DNA of 64,000 nucleotides from an uncultured Methanomicrobiaceae archaeon (GCA_963826525.1 CAWGXH010000005.1:160001-224000); one strand, 5' to 3'. Positions 1 through 12,561 are shown, counted from the first letter of the stretch. The notes: a model not told the origin generated them from the letters alone. Numbers and translations are program-made.

Positions 1-1016
1 TGCGTTTCCGGCAGCAGCGGGTGGGGCTCGGTCGCGGCAAGCGGTGTTCCCGGGAGCGGCATGAAGTAGTGGACGTGTGCCTGACCGGAGCGCGTGACCG
101 ACCGTATCAGGTCGACCGTCGCGATCTCGTCCTCCTCGTCCTCTCCGGGAAGTCCGAGGATGAAGTCGACCATCGGCGTGAGCGCGTGCTCCCGGCAGCG
201 ATCGACGGCGGAGAGAACGTCGCCCACCGTATGTCCGCGCCGGATCTGCCGGAGGATCCGGTCGCTTCCCGACTGGGCGCCGAAGTGCAGCCGGGTATTG
301 GCGCAGTACTGCACGACGAGCTCGAGGGACCGATCGGTGACGAACTCGGGCCGCACCTCTCCGGGAAACGTGCCGAAGTAGATCCGGTTCTTCAGGCGTG
401 ACAGCAGGCGCTCCACCCGGTCGAACCGGGGGTGGATGCCGTCGGAACCATAGGCAAAGGCGTTCGGCGTGACGAGGCGGACGTCCCGGAACCGGGCGGT
501 GGCGGCTGCGATCTCATCGATCGACCGGTGCCGCATACACCTGCCGAAGAGCCTGGGTGTCTGGCAGTAGCCGCAGCCGAACGGGCATCCGCGGCTGATC
601 TCGGTATAGCCGAAGACCGTCGTGAAGGGGGGGTAGGCATCGAGGAGCACGGTGTGATCGACCGGCGTAAAACCTGATCCGGTAGCGACACCGGGCGGAA
701 TCTCGTCTCCCCGCTCGAGTGCGGAGATGAGCCGCGGCAGCGTATACTCGCCCTCGCCGACGATGACATAATCCGCATAGGCTGCTACGTCACCGTAGCA
801 GGCGGATGCGTGCGGGCCTCCGACGATGGTGATGCAGTCCGCACCCGCAATCTCGTCGCGGTACGTCCGCTCGGAGATGGAGGTGAGGCTGTAGCAGGTG
901 ATATCGCCGGTCGGCTCGCTCACCGAATCGAGACGGTATCCCGCCTGCTCGCAGGCAGCGTAGAGGGCTGCATATGAGTTGTTTGCCGGGGGAATATGAC
1001 GCCAGTTCACCTTCAT
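1..1016 (-). CDS. B12-binding domain/radical SAM protein (MJ1487/TIGR04013-like); 3' end runs off the window
   Basis: Manual minus-strand translation from ATG 1016: MKVNWRHIPPANNSYAALYAACEQ...IVGGPHASA...VIVGEGEYTLP...EISRGCPFGCGYCQTP (CxxxCxxC)...FGAQSGSDRILRQIRRGH. Not in the ORF track because no stop codon lies in the window. Confidence 0.85.
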   Translation of the reverse strand, partial: MKVNWRHIPPANNSYAALYAACEQAGYRLDSVSEPTGDITCYSLTSISERTYRDEIAGADCITIVGGPHASACYGDVAAYADYVIVGEGEYTLPRLISALERGDEIPPGVATGSGFTPVDHTVLLDAYPPFTTVFGYTEISRGCPFGCGYCQTPRLFGRCMRHRSIDEIAAATARFRDVRLVTPNAFAYGSDGIHPRFDRVERLLSRLKNRIYFGTFPGEVRPEFVTDRSLELVVQYCANTRLHFGAQSGSDRILRQIRRGHTVGDVLSAVDRCREHALTPMVDFILGLPGEDEEDEIATVDLIRSVTRSGQAHVHYFMPLPGTPLAATEPHPLLPET

Positions 1017-1228
1017 GGATACAACATTCTCCATCGGATGCTCGCGGTACTATGGGGTGTGCTCATCAAAAAGTGCTGGCATGGGGGAGGGGAGAGACGG
1101 AGGCGGACAGTCTGGAATGGTTGCGTACACTGACGGCGGGTGATTTTCGGTTGTGGATCGGAGCGTCCCTCGGGCTCCCTGGAATAATAAGGTTAATGTA
1201 CGGCGCTGACGCATACTGGTGAAGGACA

Positions 1229-1977
1229 ATGAAGATTATCGACTTCATGAAGATCTTTGCGAGCGAGAGAAGGATTGAAGTACTGGACGCTCTGGTCAGG
1301 GGAGAGTCGAAGGAGACGATCAAGGAGCATGTCCCACCCTCGACGTACGCGTTCACCATGAATCACCTGAAACAGGCCGGATTTGCTGAGGAACGGGGAG
1401 GGGAAGTAAACCTGACCGATCGGGGGCATGCCTTCCTGGTAATCTTCGAAACCTTCAAAGATAATGTGAGTAACCCTGGAAAGGCTCTTCAAAGCGTTTC
1501 CCGATCACACGATTGCGTTTCCCGATGAGTTCTTCACGCGACTGCATGAGATGGGGGACTTCGAGCTCGTAACCTCCGAACCCTCCAACATCCTTCGGCC
1601 TCATCAGGTTTTTTTCGAAAATATCCGGAGATCGAAGTCCATCATGGGTGTATCCCCCATCATGTTTCCCGATTATGTCAATTTCTTTAACCAGATGGTC
1701 AATTCGCTCGATTCTATCTCCCTTGTCGTCACCGAGGAGGTCTATAAGGGTATCCCCTCCTCATCTGCTCTGGAATCGGAGAAGGTGAATATCTACATCA
1801 TCGATACGCTGCCGCCGATTGCAGCCGCCGTGACCGACCGGTTCGTATCCCTCGGGTTCTTCTATAAGTCGGGCAGCTGATGACTTCACCCGGGATGCCA
1901 TCTCGACATCGCCCCGGGGAATAGCGTTCGGGAATGCTCTCATCGAGCATTACATAAAGCAATCCCGGAAGATCTGA
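1229..1977 (+). CDS. winged-HTH transcriptional regulator with FilR1-like middle domain (DUF1724 type), frameshifted
   Basis: ORFs 1229-1528 (N-terminal wHTH, ending ...VNLTDRG) and 1551-1880 join into an architecture typical of methanogen DUF1724 regulators; the likely C-terminus ...LIEHYIKQSRKI* ends at 1977. Confidence 0.6.
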
Positions 1978-2753
1978 ATGACCTGGTAGAGTATCCATTC
2001 CCCGTCTACCAGCGTGTTTCTCAGCACCTCGCAGTTGTTGCAGTAGCGGAGGATGTAAAAGATACTGTGGAGCGAGCTTATCAGTACGATGTCTACGTTC
2101 GCGAGCAGGCCGCACGAGTAGGCATACAGGACGGCCCCGTGCGCCACAACGGTGACCGCAACCAGGAACGTGATGAGCTGGGGTTTCTTGAGCAGTGTGG
2201 GGATGGTTTTAATCCCGGCACGAGCGTCGTTCTCGATGTCCCGCACATCGTAGATGACGGTATTCACGAAACTTTTTGAAAAGAAGAACATATACAGAAG
2301 CACGGCAGGAATCGAGAAGAGTCCGAGGAAAATTACTATGAGCAGAGACCACGTGAACGCGACCACGGCGTTCTTCACTCCTGCGCCGCCCTTCAGTCTG
2401 AACCCCTGTATGCCCTTTGCATAGAGGTATGCGATGAGAAACGGAACGAGGAGAGCAGGATTTGGAAAGAGGATAAGCGATGCGATGGTGCAGAGGATAG
2501 CCGACCAGAGAAGCATCTTTTTGAACAATTTTCCGCGTTCCTCATCTTCTTTGTTGTCGACACCCCTGTCGAAGGCATATGCCGCATACGTTACCAGGAA
2601 TGCAGCGATCACCTGGTTGAGAGGGACTGCATAACCGAGGAGTTCGTAGGCGAACTGTACTTTCAGGCCTCCTGATAGCGAGACTATCAGGATCGAATAG
2701 AGAAGGCTTAACCCTTGCATAAGGATAAATGCAAGTGTCTGAAAATATTCCAA
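1950..2753 (-). CDS. UbiA-family prenyltransferase
   Basis: Multi-TM protein with Asp-rich motifs AYAFDRGVDNKED and YDVRDIENDARAGIKTIP. Confidence 0.8.
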   Translation of the reverse strand: MEYFQTLAFILMQGLSLLYSILIVSLSGGLKVQFAYELLGYAVPLNQVIAAFLVTYAAYAFDRGVDNKEDEERGKLFKKMLLWSAILCTIASLILFPNPALLVPFLIAYLYAKGIQGFRLKGGAGVKNAVVAFTWSLLIVIFLGLFSIPAVLLYMFFFSKSFVNTVIYDVRDIENDARAGIKTIPTLLKKPQLITFLVAVTVVAHGAVLYAYSCGLLANVDIVLISSLHSIFYILRYCNNCEVLRNTLVDGEWILYQVIQIFRDCFM

Positions 2754-2909
2754 TCCGGTTGGAAAGATCCAATGGTACTGGATCGCTCCATTTGAATGTA
2801 TTTTTTCAATTCCTCTGAATTAATCCAGTATTATTATACGCAAACGATTTATATTCCTTATTTTTAAACACTATCTTCGGAACACCATGCTTGAACCGGA
2901 GCAGCGGAC

Positions 2910-4001
2910 ATGAATACGTCTCATTCTATGGTCAGCGGGGGGCGTGATCGGGTTTTTTCACCCGGAGAGCCGTACCCGGAGTGCACGCACGAGCAGCTGC
3001 TCTTCCGGTATCTCGACCGGCTCGGCGACGGGATCGTCCTGATCGACCAGGATCAGACGGTCGTATGGATGAACCGCTGCATGGAGAGGCTCTTTTGCCT
3101 CGACAGGATCGATACTCTCGGGATGAATGCGATCGATTTTGTCGCTCTCTGTATCGCGCCGAGGCTGGAGCTCGGGGAGGCGTTCAAGGAGAAGATCATC
3201 GCCGCCTCACTCTTCGGCGAAGAGATCCAGAGCGTTCGGGTGTATATTACGAACCAAAACGCCCCTGTTCTCCCGATCGAGTACTCGAGCCTCCAACTCT
3301 TCGGGAGCAGCCCCCGGTATGCCCGCTGCGATGAGTACCGGATCATCCCGGGCAGAGAACCGCCTGGAGAAGCGCTCCGTAAGAACGAACGGCGCTCTCC
3401 CTTCCTTGCCGCAGACTGCGGCGACATGGTATGCACGCTTGATGCGGAGATGCGGATCACGACTGTGAGCCTCTCCCTGCGGCACCTCCTCGGGTATCAG
3501 CCTTCGGAGATTGCCGGCTCTCCCTTTGAACGGATACTGATGCCCGAATCGATCGACGACTGCCGGAGTCTCGGAGCGATCTGCTCGGGTGACGATGCCG
3601 CGGACGAGGGATCCGCTCTCTCCTTCCTCTCCATGCCGCTGGTATATCGGCGAAGAGACGGCTCTCCTATGCAGCTGGATACCCGTATTCTGGTTCCTGC
3701 GGGAGCGTCAGGTGCACTGCTTCATATCGCCCACTCGAACCCGGGAGGGGATGGCGATGAGGTCAGGAGACGTATCGATGAAAATATCGAGCAGTTTGCA
3801 ACGCTTGCGGACCGGATCAGAAATCCGCTTGCTGCCATTGTGGGGCTCGCCGATCTTGCCGGCGGCGAGGCATCGGAGAAGATCATCCGCCAGGCGCTCG
3901 CCATCGACGCGGTCATCACCGACCTCGACCGGGGCTGGCTCGCGTCGATGAAGGTTCGGGAGTTTTTACGCAAGCACGACCGGTCGGGAGGGAGTATGTA
4001 G
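2910..4001 (+). CDS. Tandem-PAS sensor protein with degenerate HisKA-like tail
   Basis: Two PAS-like segments (DGIVLIDQDQTVVWMN; SLRHLLGYQPSEIAG) and C-terminal LADRIRNPLAAIVG; no HATPase domain. Confidence 0.7.
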   Translation: MNTSHSMVSGGRDRVFSPGEPYPECTHEQLLFRYLDRLGDGIVLIDQDQTVVWMNRCMERLFCLDRIDTLGMNAIDFVALCIAPRLELGEAFKEKIIAASLFGEEIQSVRVYITNQNAPVLPIEYSSLQLFGSSPRYARCDEYRIIPGREPPGEALRKNERRSPFLAADCGDMVCTLDAEMRITTVSLSLRHLLGYQPSEIAGSPFERILMPESIDDCRSLGAICSGDDAADEGSALSFLSMPLVYRRRDGSPMQLDTRILVPAGASGALLHIAHSNPGGDGDEVRRRIDENIEQFATLADRIRNPLAAIVGLADLAGGEASEKIIRQALAIDAVITDLDRGWLASMKVREFLRKHDRSGGSM

Positions 4002-4232
4002 CCATAGGCCGTTCTCCTGAGTATCCATACTCTGTTCCTCATATGCATGCAGACTCCGGTCAGTCCTTCGTGGTTCGCAGGACGGGGACAACACCTCTCT
4101 TCCCCTCCCGGCACCATTTTTCACTCCGTATCTATTCGGTCTCCTTCCGGGCATGCGAACGTCCCGTTCTACCTGAAACCTTTTCATGCTGTGCCGGTAT
4201 ATCTCCCCGCCGCCTGATGGAGGTGCAATGAG

Positions 4233-4590
4233 ATGCCGTATGAGAAGAACAGCGAATTGCCGAAGACCGGTGCAGGAAGAGCTCCCGGAGCATGCACAGG
4301 ATATCTATCGTGAGGCATTCAACAGTGCCTGGGAGCAGTATGCCGACCCGGGCGAGCGCAGAGACCCGGATGAATCCCGTGAGGCCGTCGCTCATAAAGT
4401 CGCCTGGGCGGCCGTCGAGCGGAAGTACGCGAAAGATTCCAAGACCGGCGAGTGGAAAAGAAGGAAGGGTAGCGAGGAAGGTTCTTCGCCCGGTTCCAGA
4501 GAGATCCGGTGCCGCGTTTACCTGCCGGGTCCTGGGCGACGGTTCGATACGATAAACCCTGTGACGCCGATCCGACCGCGAAGGGACTAG
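4233..4590 (+). CDS. chaB: ChaB family protein (frameshift near start; true stop probably earlier)
   Basis: MPYEKNSELP / VQEELPEHAQDIYREAFNSAWEQY...AHKVAWAAVERKY is the ChaB signature. Confidence 0.85.
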
Positions 4591-4734
4591 CCGAAGTAAT
4601 CTGCACTCTCTAAAATGAGGCGCCATCAAGAATCCTTTCCTTAAATATGTCCTGAATATTTTTATATAGTATTGATTATATCTTGCGCCCCTTGTGTGAG
4701 GCGAAGTGTCTTCGCCTTGCCGAGATGGAGATGG

Positions 4735-5146
4735 ATGAGGTATGAGAGGAGCTGCAACGAAACGCGAGAAGAGGCCGTCCCTGAGTGGAAGGTTCTCTCT
4801 GCAAGCACGATAAAGAGCGACAGCGTGCGAAACCCGCAGGGTGAAGACCTCGGGAAGATCGAGGAGTTGATGATCGATGTCGAGAACGGCAGGATTGCCT
4901 ATGCCGTGCTCTCCTTCGGAGGCTTTCCTGGGACTCGGCGATAAGTACTTCGCCATCCCGTGGGAGGCGCTCCGTATTGTCCCGCACGAGCATCGGTTCA
5001 TCCTCGATGTGTCGAAGGAGCGGCTCGAGAATGCACCCGGATTTGACAAGAAAAACTGGCCGAAGGCGAGCAACCGCGAGTGGCTGACCGGTGTCTACTC
5101 CTACTACGGCTACGAGCCCTACTGGGAGAGGCGTCGCGAGCAGTAA
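4735..5146 (+). CDS. PRC-barrel domain protein (frameshifted)
   Basis: VLSASTIKSDSVRNPQGEDLGKIEELMIDVENGRIAYAVLSFGGF / LGLGDKYFAIPWEAL...YYGYEPYW. Confidence 0.85.
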
Positions 5147-5558
5147 TACCCGATTATGAAATCGCTCTGGAGAAATCCCCCCTCGATTCACGCCTGATGT
5201 GTATGGCAGGGCGTGAGGCGATGGGGGCCTCACCGGTGCGACAGAGCCATGACCGGAAAAGTATGATATCCGTCCATTTTTATTTCAGGTATTACGACGG
5301 GGGATTGCCGGGTATGGCGAGGCATTCTCGAAGAACATATCCCCACCTCTGCAATCCCTTCCCGTGGGGGAGCGATGAAGGAGTCGTGCAGCTTGTGACT
5401 GAGATCTGCGTGCCATCTTCCATTTTTGGCGGTCTTTTGGTTTCCCCAACATGGCGCTGAAACGGGGAGATACCTTTAAGTGTGGCGGGAGGCTGTAACT
5501 GTCTCTTCATAGGACAGCGTACTCTGTCCTGCGTTTAGTTGAGCGTGGTGATAATGCT

Positions 5559-5954
5559 ATGACGGCAATGGGCATGGAAATGGAAAAGGTGGTGTATCCA
5601 CAGATAACCACATCAAGGGTAATCACTGGTAAAACGGTAAAAAACCCCGACCAGCAGGTTCTCGGCACCGTTCATAATCTGATACTCGACATAAAGAGCG
5701 GGCGGGTTGCATTTTTCGTCCTCTCGACCGGTGGCATCCTCGGAATCGGCGAGAAGTTCACCCCGATCCCCTGGGAAGCATATTCCGGAGTGATGGAGGA
5801 AGATTCCATCATTGTTGACGTCACCCGGGAGACGCTCGAGAGCGCCCCGAGTTATGACCGGGATGCCTGGGAAGGCATGTACGAACTGAGCTGGCTATCG
5901 CGGGTGTACCAGTACTACGGATTCAGACCCTACTGGGAACCGGTGACGAGCTGA
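5559..5954 (+). CDS. PRC-barrel domain protein
   Basis: GKTVKNPDQQVLGTVHNLILDIKSGRVAFFVLSTGGILGIGEKFTPIPW...YYGFRPYW; paralog of the upstream gene. Confidence 0.85.
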   Translation: MTAMGMEMEKVVYPQITTSRVITGKTVKNPDQQVLGTVHNLILDIKSGRVAFFVLSTGGILGIGEKFTPIPWEAYSGVMEEDSIIVDVTRETLESAPSYDRDAWEGMYELSWLSRVYQYYGFRPYWEPVTS

Positions 5955-6175
5955 ATTTTGCCCGGAGTATGTTCCGGGAACGGGCGGCCGAGGACGATCC
6001 GGTCGCCCGAATCTCTGATGCCGGCCTTCCGGGTACGGTGTCCGGGCAGCCGGTGAAGATTCGCTGCTGCTCCTCAAATCCTCTGCAGTTCTCCCGTATT
6101 TTGCTGATACGATACACTTTCGCGCCCCGTCAATACCACTATTATCTCCCGGCACCAATATGATACTGCTGTAGA

Positions 6176-8984
6176 ATGAAGAGTATCGTCATCAAAGGTG
6201 CACGGGAGCACAACCTCAAGAATATCACCCTCGAACTCCCGCGGGACAACCTGATCGTCGTCACCGGCGTCTCGGGGAGTGGAAAATCGACGCTTGCGTT
6301 CGACACCGTCTACGCAGAAGGGCAACGGCGGTATGTGGAGTCGCTCTCCGCGTACGCCCGGCAGTTCCTCGGACTTATGAGCAAACCGGACGTCGACAGC
6401 ATCGACGGGCTCTCCCCGGCCATCTCCATCGAGCAGAAGACTACCTCCAAAAATCCCCGAAGTACCGTCGGAACCGTCACCGAGATCTACGATTACCTGC
6501 GGCTGCTCTTCGCCCGCATCGGGACGCCCTTCTGCCCGACCCATGGGATACCGATCGAGGCACAGTCCCCCGAGAAGATAGCCGACCGGATCGCTGCGGA
6601 GATGCGACGGCACGATCACTATCCTCGCTCCGGTCGTCCGGCAGAAGAAGGGCACGTACCAGCAGCTCTTCAAGGATCTCAACAAGGAAGGGTATACCCG
6701 TGTGCGGGTGAACGGAGAGATCTACCGCACCGACGATGAGATCACGCTCGAGCGATACCGGAAACACGATATCGAGGTCGTCATAGACCGGCTTGACCCG
6801 GCCGACCGGAGCCGGCTCGTCGAGGCATGCGAGAATGCCCTTGCAAAGTCGGAGGGGCTCATCATCGCCGTCGACGAGGAAGGGCGCGAGGAGATCTACT
6901 CGTCCCTGATGGCCTGCCCGCTCTGCGGGATCGCGTTCGAGGAGCTCCAGCCCCGCATGTTCTCCTTCAACAGTCCGTTCGGAGCCTGCGAGGAGTGTAA
7001 CGGCCTCGGGATAAAGATGGAGTTCGACCCGGACCTCATCATCCCGGATAAGACAAAATCGATCGCCGACGGTGCGGTGGCGCTCTACCGGAACTTCCTC
7101 GACGGCTACCGGAGCCAGTACCTCGGTGCCGTTGCAAAACACTTCGGATTCGACATCTTCACCCCGATACAGGATCTGACCGAGCGGCAGTACAACGCCC
7201 TGATGTTCGGGTCTCCCGAGCGGATCAGGTTCTCCATGGAGATGAAGAACGGGGATGCGCACTGGTCGCATGCAGGGACCTGGGAGGGGCTCGCACCCCA
7301 GGCCGAGCGGCTGTACCACCAGACGCAGTCGGAGTACCGCCGCAGGGACCTCGAACGGTTCATGCGGATATCGCCGTGCCCCCGGTGCGGCGGCAAACGG
7401 CTGAAGGAGAAGGTGCTCGCCGTAAAGATCGACGGGATGTCCATCGTCGACGTCACCGATCTCTCCATCACCCGGGCAGGGGGATTCTTCCGGACCCTGA
7501 ACCTCACCGAGAGCCAGCGCGAGATTGCCCGGCAGGTCTTAAAGGAGATCGTCGACCGTCTCGCCTTCCTCGAGACGGTCGGGGTCGGCTACCTCACCCT
7601 CTCCCGGAGTGCGGGTAGCCTTTCCGGCGGCGAGGCGCAGCGGATACGGCTCGCGACCCAGATCGGCTCGAATCTCACCGGGGTGCTCTATGTCCTCGAC
7701 GAGCCCTCCATCGGACTTCACCAGCGGGATAACCATAAGCTCCTCGACACGCTCCGGCGCCTCCGCGACCTCGGCAACACCCTGATCGTCGTCGAACACG
7801 ACGAGGACACGATCCGGAGCGCCGACTACGTCGTCGATATGGGGCCGGGAGCCGGGCTGCACGGGGGAGCGATCGTGGCCGCCGGCACGCCCGAAGAGAT
7901 CGAAAGAAACCCTGAGTCCCTGACCGGGAGGTACCTTGCCGGCGAGCTTGCTATCGAGGTTCCGGAGAAACGTCGGGTGAGCGACCGGTTCATCCGGCTC
8001 CGTGGCTGCCGGGAGAACAACCTCAAGAATATCGACGTCGCGATCCCGATCGGGGTGCTGACCGCCGTCACCGGCGTCTCGGGGAGCGGGAAATCGACGC
8101 TCATCTACGAGACGCTCTATCGCGCCCTGATGCAGCGGCTCCACGCTTCAAGGGAGTCGCCGGGCACGTTCGACGATCTCGTCTTCGACGACGAGATCGA
8201 CAAAGTGATCGTCATCGACCAGAGCCCGATTGGGAGGACGCCCCGGTCGAACCCTGCCACATATACGAAGGTCTTCGACGAGATCCGGAAGGTCTTTGCC
8301 GAGGCGAAAGAGGCGAAGGTCCGCGGCTACAAACCGGGCAGGTTCTCCTTCAACGTCAAGGGCGGGCGCTGTGAGGCATGCCAGGGCGAAGGGCTCATCA
8401 AGATAGAGATGAACTTCCTCCCCGACGTCTACATCGACTGCGAGGAGTGCAAGGGAGCACGGTACAACCGGGAGACGCTCGAGGTGCGGTACCGCGGCAA
8501 GTCGATAGCCGACGTTCTTGCCATGAGCGTGGAAGAGGCGATGGCGCTCTTCGAAAACATTCCTTCCATCAGGAACAAGCTCGAGACGCTCTCGAGAGTC
8601 GGGCTCGGCTATATCAAGCTCGGGCAGAGCTCGACGACGCTCTCGGGCGGCGAGGCGCAGCGGATCAAACTGACCCGCGAGCTCGCCAAGCGTGCGACCG
8701 GGAAGACGATATACCTCCTCGACGAACCCACTACCGGGCTTCACTTTCACGATGTGAAGAACCTGATCGCCGTCCTCGACGACCTCGTTGCCCGTGGGAA
8801 CACCATGGTGGTTATCGAGCATAACCTCGACGTCATCAAGTCGGCCGACTATATCATCGATCTCGGGCCCGAGGGCGGGGAGAGCGGCGGCGAGATCGTC
8901 GCGGCGGGAACGCCCGAGACGGTTGCGAGCGTCGACGAAAGTTATACCGGACAGTATCTCAGACAGATTCTTGCAGGACAATGA
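6176..8984 (+). CDS. uvrA: Excinuclease ABC subunit A (frameshift ~6605)
   Basis: GAREHNLKN, two GVSGSGKS Walker A motifs, LSGGEAQRI twice, Zn-finger CxxC pairs. Confidence 0.97.
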
Positions 8985-10531
8985 TCGATCGTGCGCGGAT
9001 TCCGGAGGACCCCGGCTGCTACCTCTTCTCGGACAGAGAGGGCACCATCATCTACATCGGCAAGGCGAAGAACCTGAAGAAGAGGGTCTCGAGCTACTTC
9101 CAGAAGCGCGACCTCGACGCCAAGACGCGGAGAATGGTGGACACTGCCGTCTCCGTCGATTTTATCGTCACCGACACCGAGGTCGAAGCGCTCCTCCTCG
9201 AGAACACCCTCATCAAGAAGCACCGGCCGAAGTTCAACATCGACCTCAAAGACTCGAAGGGCTACGCCTACATCCGGGTCACCGACGAGCCCTTCCCGCG
9301 TATCCATACCAGCCGGACGGCGGCAGGAACCGGGTCGTTCTACGGGCCGTTCGTCTCCGGCCGGGAGCGTGAGGAGATCCTGCGGCTCCTCAAAACCACA
9401 TTCCGCCTGCGATCGTGCAGGCACTCCCAAAACGGGCGTGCCTGCGGGCTCATATCGGGTCGTGCAGCGCTCCCTGTGTCGGGAAGATAACCGAGGAGGA
9501 GTACGCCGAGGGCGTCCGACGGGCGGAGGCGGTGCTGAAAGGGAATATCGTCGGGCTCATCCAGCACCTGCGGGTGGAGATGGCCGAACGGGCAAGCGGC
9601 GAAGAGTTTGAGAAGGCACTCGAGCTCCGCGACCAGATCGCCGCGCTCGAACGGCTGACCGAGCGGCAGAATGTGCAGCGGCAGAAGACCTACGACGAGG
9701 ACGTGATCAACTATATCGAGAGCGAGGGGACGGTTTACCTCATGCTCTTCAACGTTCATCTGGGGATGCTCGCCGAGAAGCACGAGTTCGTCTTCGAGTA
9801 CGCCGAAGGTTTCTTCGAAGAGTTCCTTGCCCGGTACTACGCGGAGCGGGAGCCGCCGAAGGAGCTGATCCTGCCGGAATCGGTCGACGAGTCGATCGTT
9901 GACTACCTCTCGCACCTCCGGGGGAACCGGGTGCGGGCGACCGTTCCCCGGCGGGGGGAGAAGAAGAAACTCCTCGACCTCGTCCGGAAGAACGTCGAGA
10001 TCGGGTTCTTCGGCGACCGGATAAAACTCGAGGCGCTCCGGGAGCTCCTGTGCCTTCCTCGAGCTGCCGAACGTCATCGAGTGCTTCGATATCTCCCACC
10101 TCGCCGGAACGGCGATGGTCGGCTCGATGGTGCAGTTCCGGGGGGGGAAGCCGGACAAGCGGAATTACCGGCGGTTCCGGATACGCTCGGTGAAGGGGGT
10201 CGACGACTTTGCGGCGATGGCCGAGGTCGTGCGAAGGAGGTATGCACGCCAGCGGGACGAGGGCGGGGAACTCCCCGACCTGATCGTCGTCGACGGCGGA
10301 AAGGGGCAGCTCTCGGCGGCGACGGCGGAGCTCGAAAACCTCGGGCTGCATCTCCCCGTCATCGGGATAGCAAAGCGCGAGGAGGAGATCTACGTGCCCG
10401 GAGAGCCTGACCCCCTCCCCCTCGACCGGCGGGAGAAGGCATCCCTCTTCATCCAGGAGATCCGGGATGAAGCGCACCGGTTTGCACTGGCATACCATAA
10501 AACGCTCCGGAAGAAGGCGATGGTATCATGA
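8981..10531 (+). CDS. uvrC: Excinuclease ABC subunit C (two frameshifts; no C-terminal HhH)
   Basis: GIY-YIG (GCYLF...IYIGKAKNLKKRVSSYF), UVR motif FEKALELRDQI, RNase H-like DLIVVDGGKGQL, RDEAHRFA. Confidence 0.95.
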
Positions 10532-12469
10532 CCGAATTTCATCTCACCGATACCTTTACCCCGAAGGGTTCGCAGCCCGATGCTATCGGGAAGCTCTCCG
10601 CCGGCCTCGCCCGCGGCGAGCAGTTCCAGACACTGCTCGGCGTCACCGGATCGGGGAAGACATTCACGATTGCGAACGTGATCGAAGAGGTGCAGCGACC
10701 GACACTGGTCATCGCCCACAACAAGACGCTTGCGGCCCAGCTCTACAACGAGTTCCAGGACTTCTTCCCGGGGAACCGGGTGGAGTACTTCGTCTCCTAC
10801 TACGACTACTACCAGCCTGAGTCGTACATCCCGAAGAGGGATATGTACATCGAGAAGGATGCCCAGATCAACCCGAAGATCGAGCAGATGCGCCTTGCGG
10901 CGACGGCGTCCCTTCTCTCGCGGAGGGATGTCATCGTCGTCGCCTCGGTCTCCTGCATCTACGGTCTCGGCAACCCCGAACACTTCTACAATATGGGATT
11001 TGAGGTGAAAGTCCGGGATCGGCTGCGGCGGGACGACCTCCTCCGGAGGCTCGTCGATATCCAGTTCGAGAGGAACGACATCGAACTTGCGCCCGGCAGG
11101 TTCCGGGTGAAGGGCGATACCGTCGATATCGTCCCCGGGTACTTCAACAACATCATACGGGTAGAACTCTTCGGCGACGAGGTCGACCGGATCAGCGAGG
11201 TCGATCGGATCACCGGCCAGCGTCTCGAGCAGATGGACTACTTCTATGTCTACCCGGCACGCCACTTCGTCGTCCCGGAGCACGAGAAGATGCGGGCGGT
11301 TACGTCGATCAGGGCCAGGACTCGATGCCTGGCTCCCGAACCTCGGCATGCTCGAGGCGCACCGTCTCGAGCAGCGGACGCTCTACGACCTTGAGATGAT
11401 CGAGGAGACGGGCACCTGCAAGGGGATCGAGAACTACTCCCGCCACTTCGACGGCCGGGCGGCGGGCGAGAAACCCTACTGCCTGCTCGACTACTTCCCG
11501 AAAGACTTTCTGATGGTGATCGACGAGAGCCACCAGACGCTCCCCCAGATCCGGGCGATGTACCACGGCGACTACTCGCGCAAGAAGTCGCTCGTGGAGT
11601 ACGGGTTTAGGCTCCCGTCCGCCTTCGACAACCGGCCGCTGAAGTTCGACGAGTTTCAGCGGTATATGCAGTCCGTCATCTTCGTCTCAGCGACGCCGGG
11701 AGAGTACGAACTTCAGCGGTCGAAGGTCGCGGAGCAGATCATCAGGCCGACGGGCCTCGTCGACCCCGGCGTAGAGATCCGTCCGATCGAGGGGCAGATT
11801 CGGGACGTCATCGGTGAGATCCGGTCGACGATCGAGCGGGGCGACCGCATCCTCCTCACCACGCTGACGAAGAGACTCGCCGAGGAGCTGAGCGAGCACC
11901 TGGCCGCCCAGGGGATCAAGACGCGGTACCTCCACTCCGAGATCGATACCCTCGAACGGACGGAGATCATCCGCCAGCTCCGCCTCGGCAAGTATGATGT
12001 CCTCGTCGGGATCAACCTCCTCCGTGAAGGGCTCGATATCCCGGAGGTCGGGTTCATCGGGATCCTCGACGCCGATAAGGAAGGGTTCCTCCGCGATGCC
12101 CGAAGCCTGATCCAGATTATCGGCAGAGCCGCACGGAACGTGAACTCGCGGGTCGTCCTCTACGCCGATAGGATGACCGATTCGATCCGGCGGGCGATGG
12201 CGGAGACCGAGCGGAGGCGGGCGATCCAGCTCGCCTACAACCGGAAGCACAACATCACGCCGCAGACGATTAAAAAGCCCATCCGCGAGAAGGTCGTCGA
12301 GATAACCGACGTCAAACATATCCCGAAACGCGAGATCCCGAATCTGCTCATCGAGCTCGAGGCGGAGATGCGCGAGGCTGCGGAACGGCTCGACTTCGAG
12401 CGGGCGATTGCGGTGCGGGAGACCATGAAAAAGCTCCGGGAGCATGGCATCCCCGCTCTCCCCGAGTGA
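10528..12469 (+). CDS. uvrB: Excinuclease ABC subunit B (frameshift ~11315)
   Basis: [38 protein letters not shown]-terminal UVR domain. Confidence 0.97.
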
Positions 12470-12561
12470 TCGGGCGGTTCATACCCGGAGAGGGCTGCGG
12501 GGGATCCTGTCAAACCCCTCTTTGGAGCCGGAACGACGGGTGCAACGCCCCCCGGGATGGT

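Noticed and set aside
6600-11320. Programmed frameshifting in uvrA/uvrC/uvrB
   Set aside because: No consistent slippery sites; similar indels occur throughout unrelated genes.
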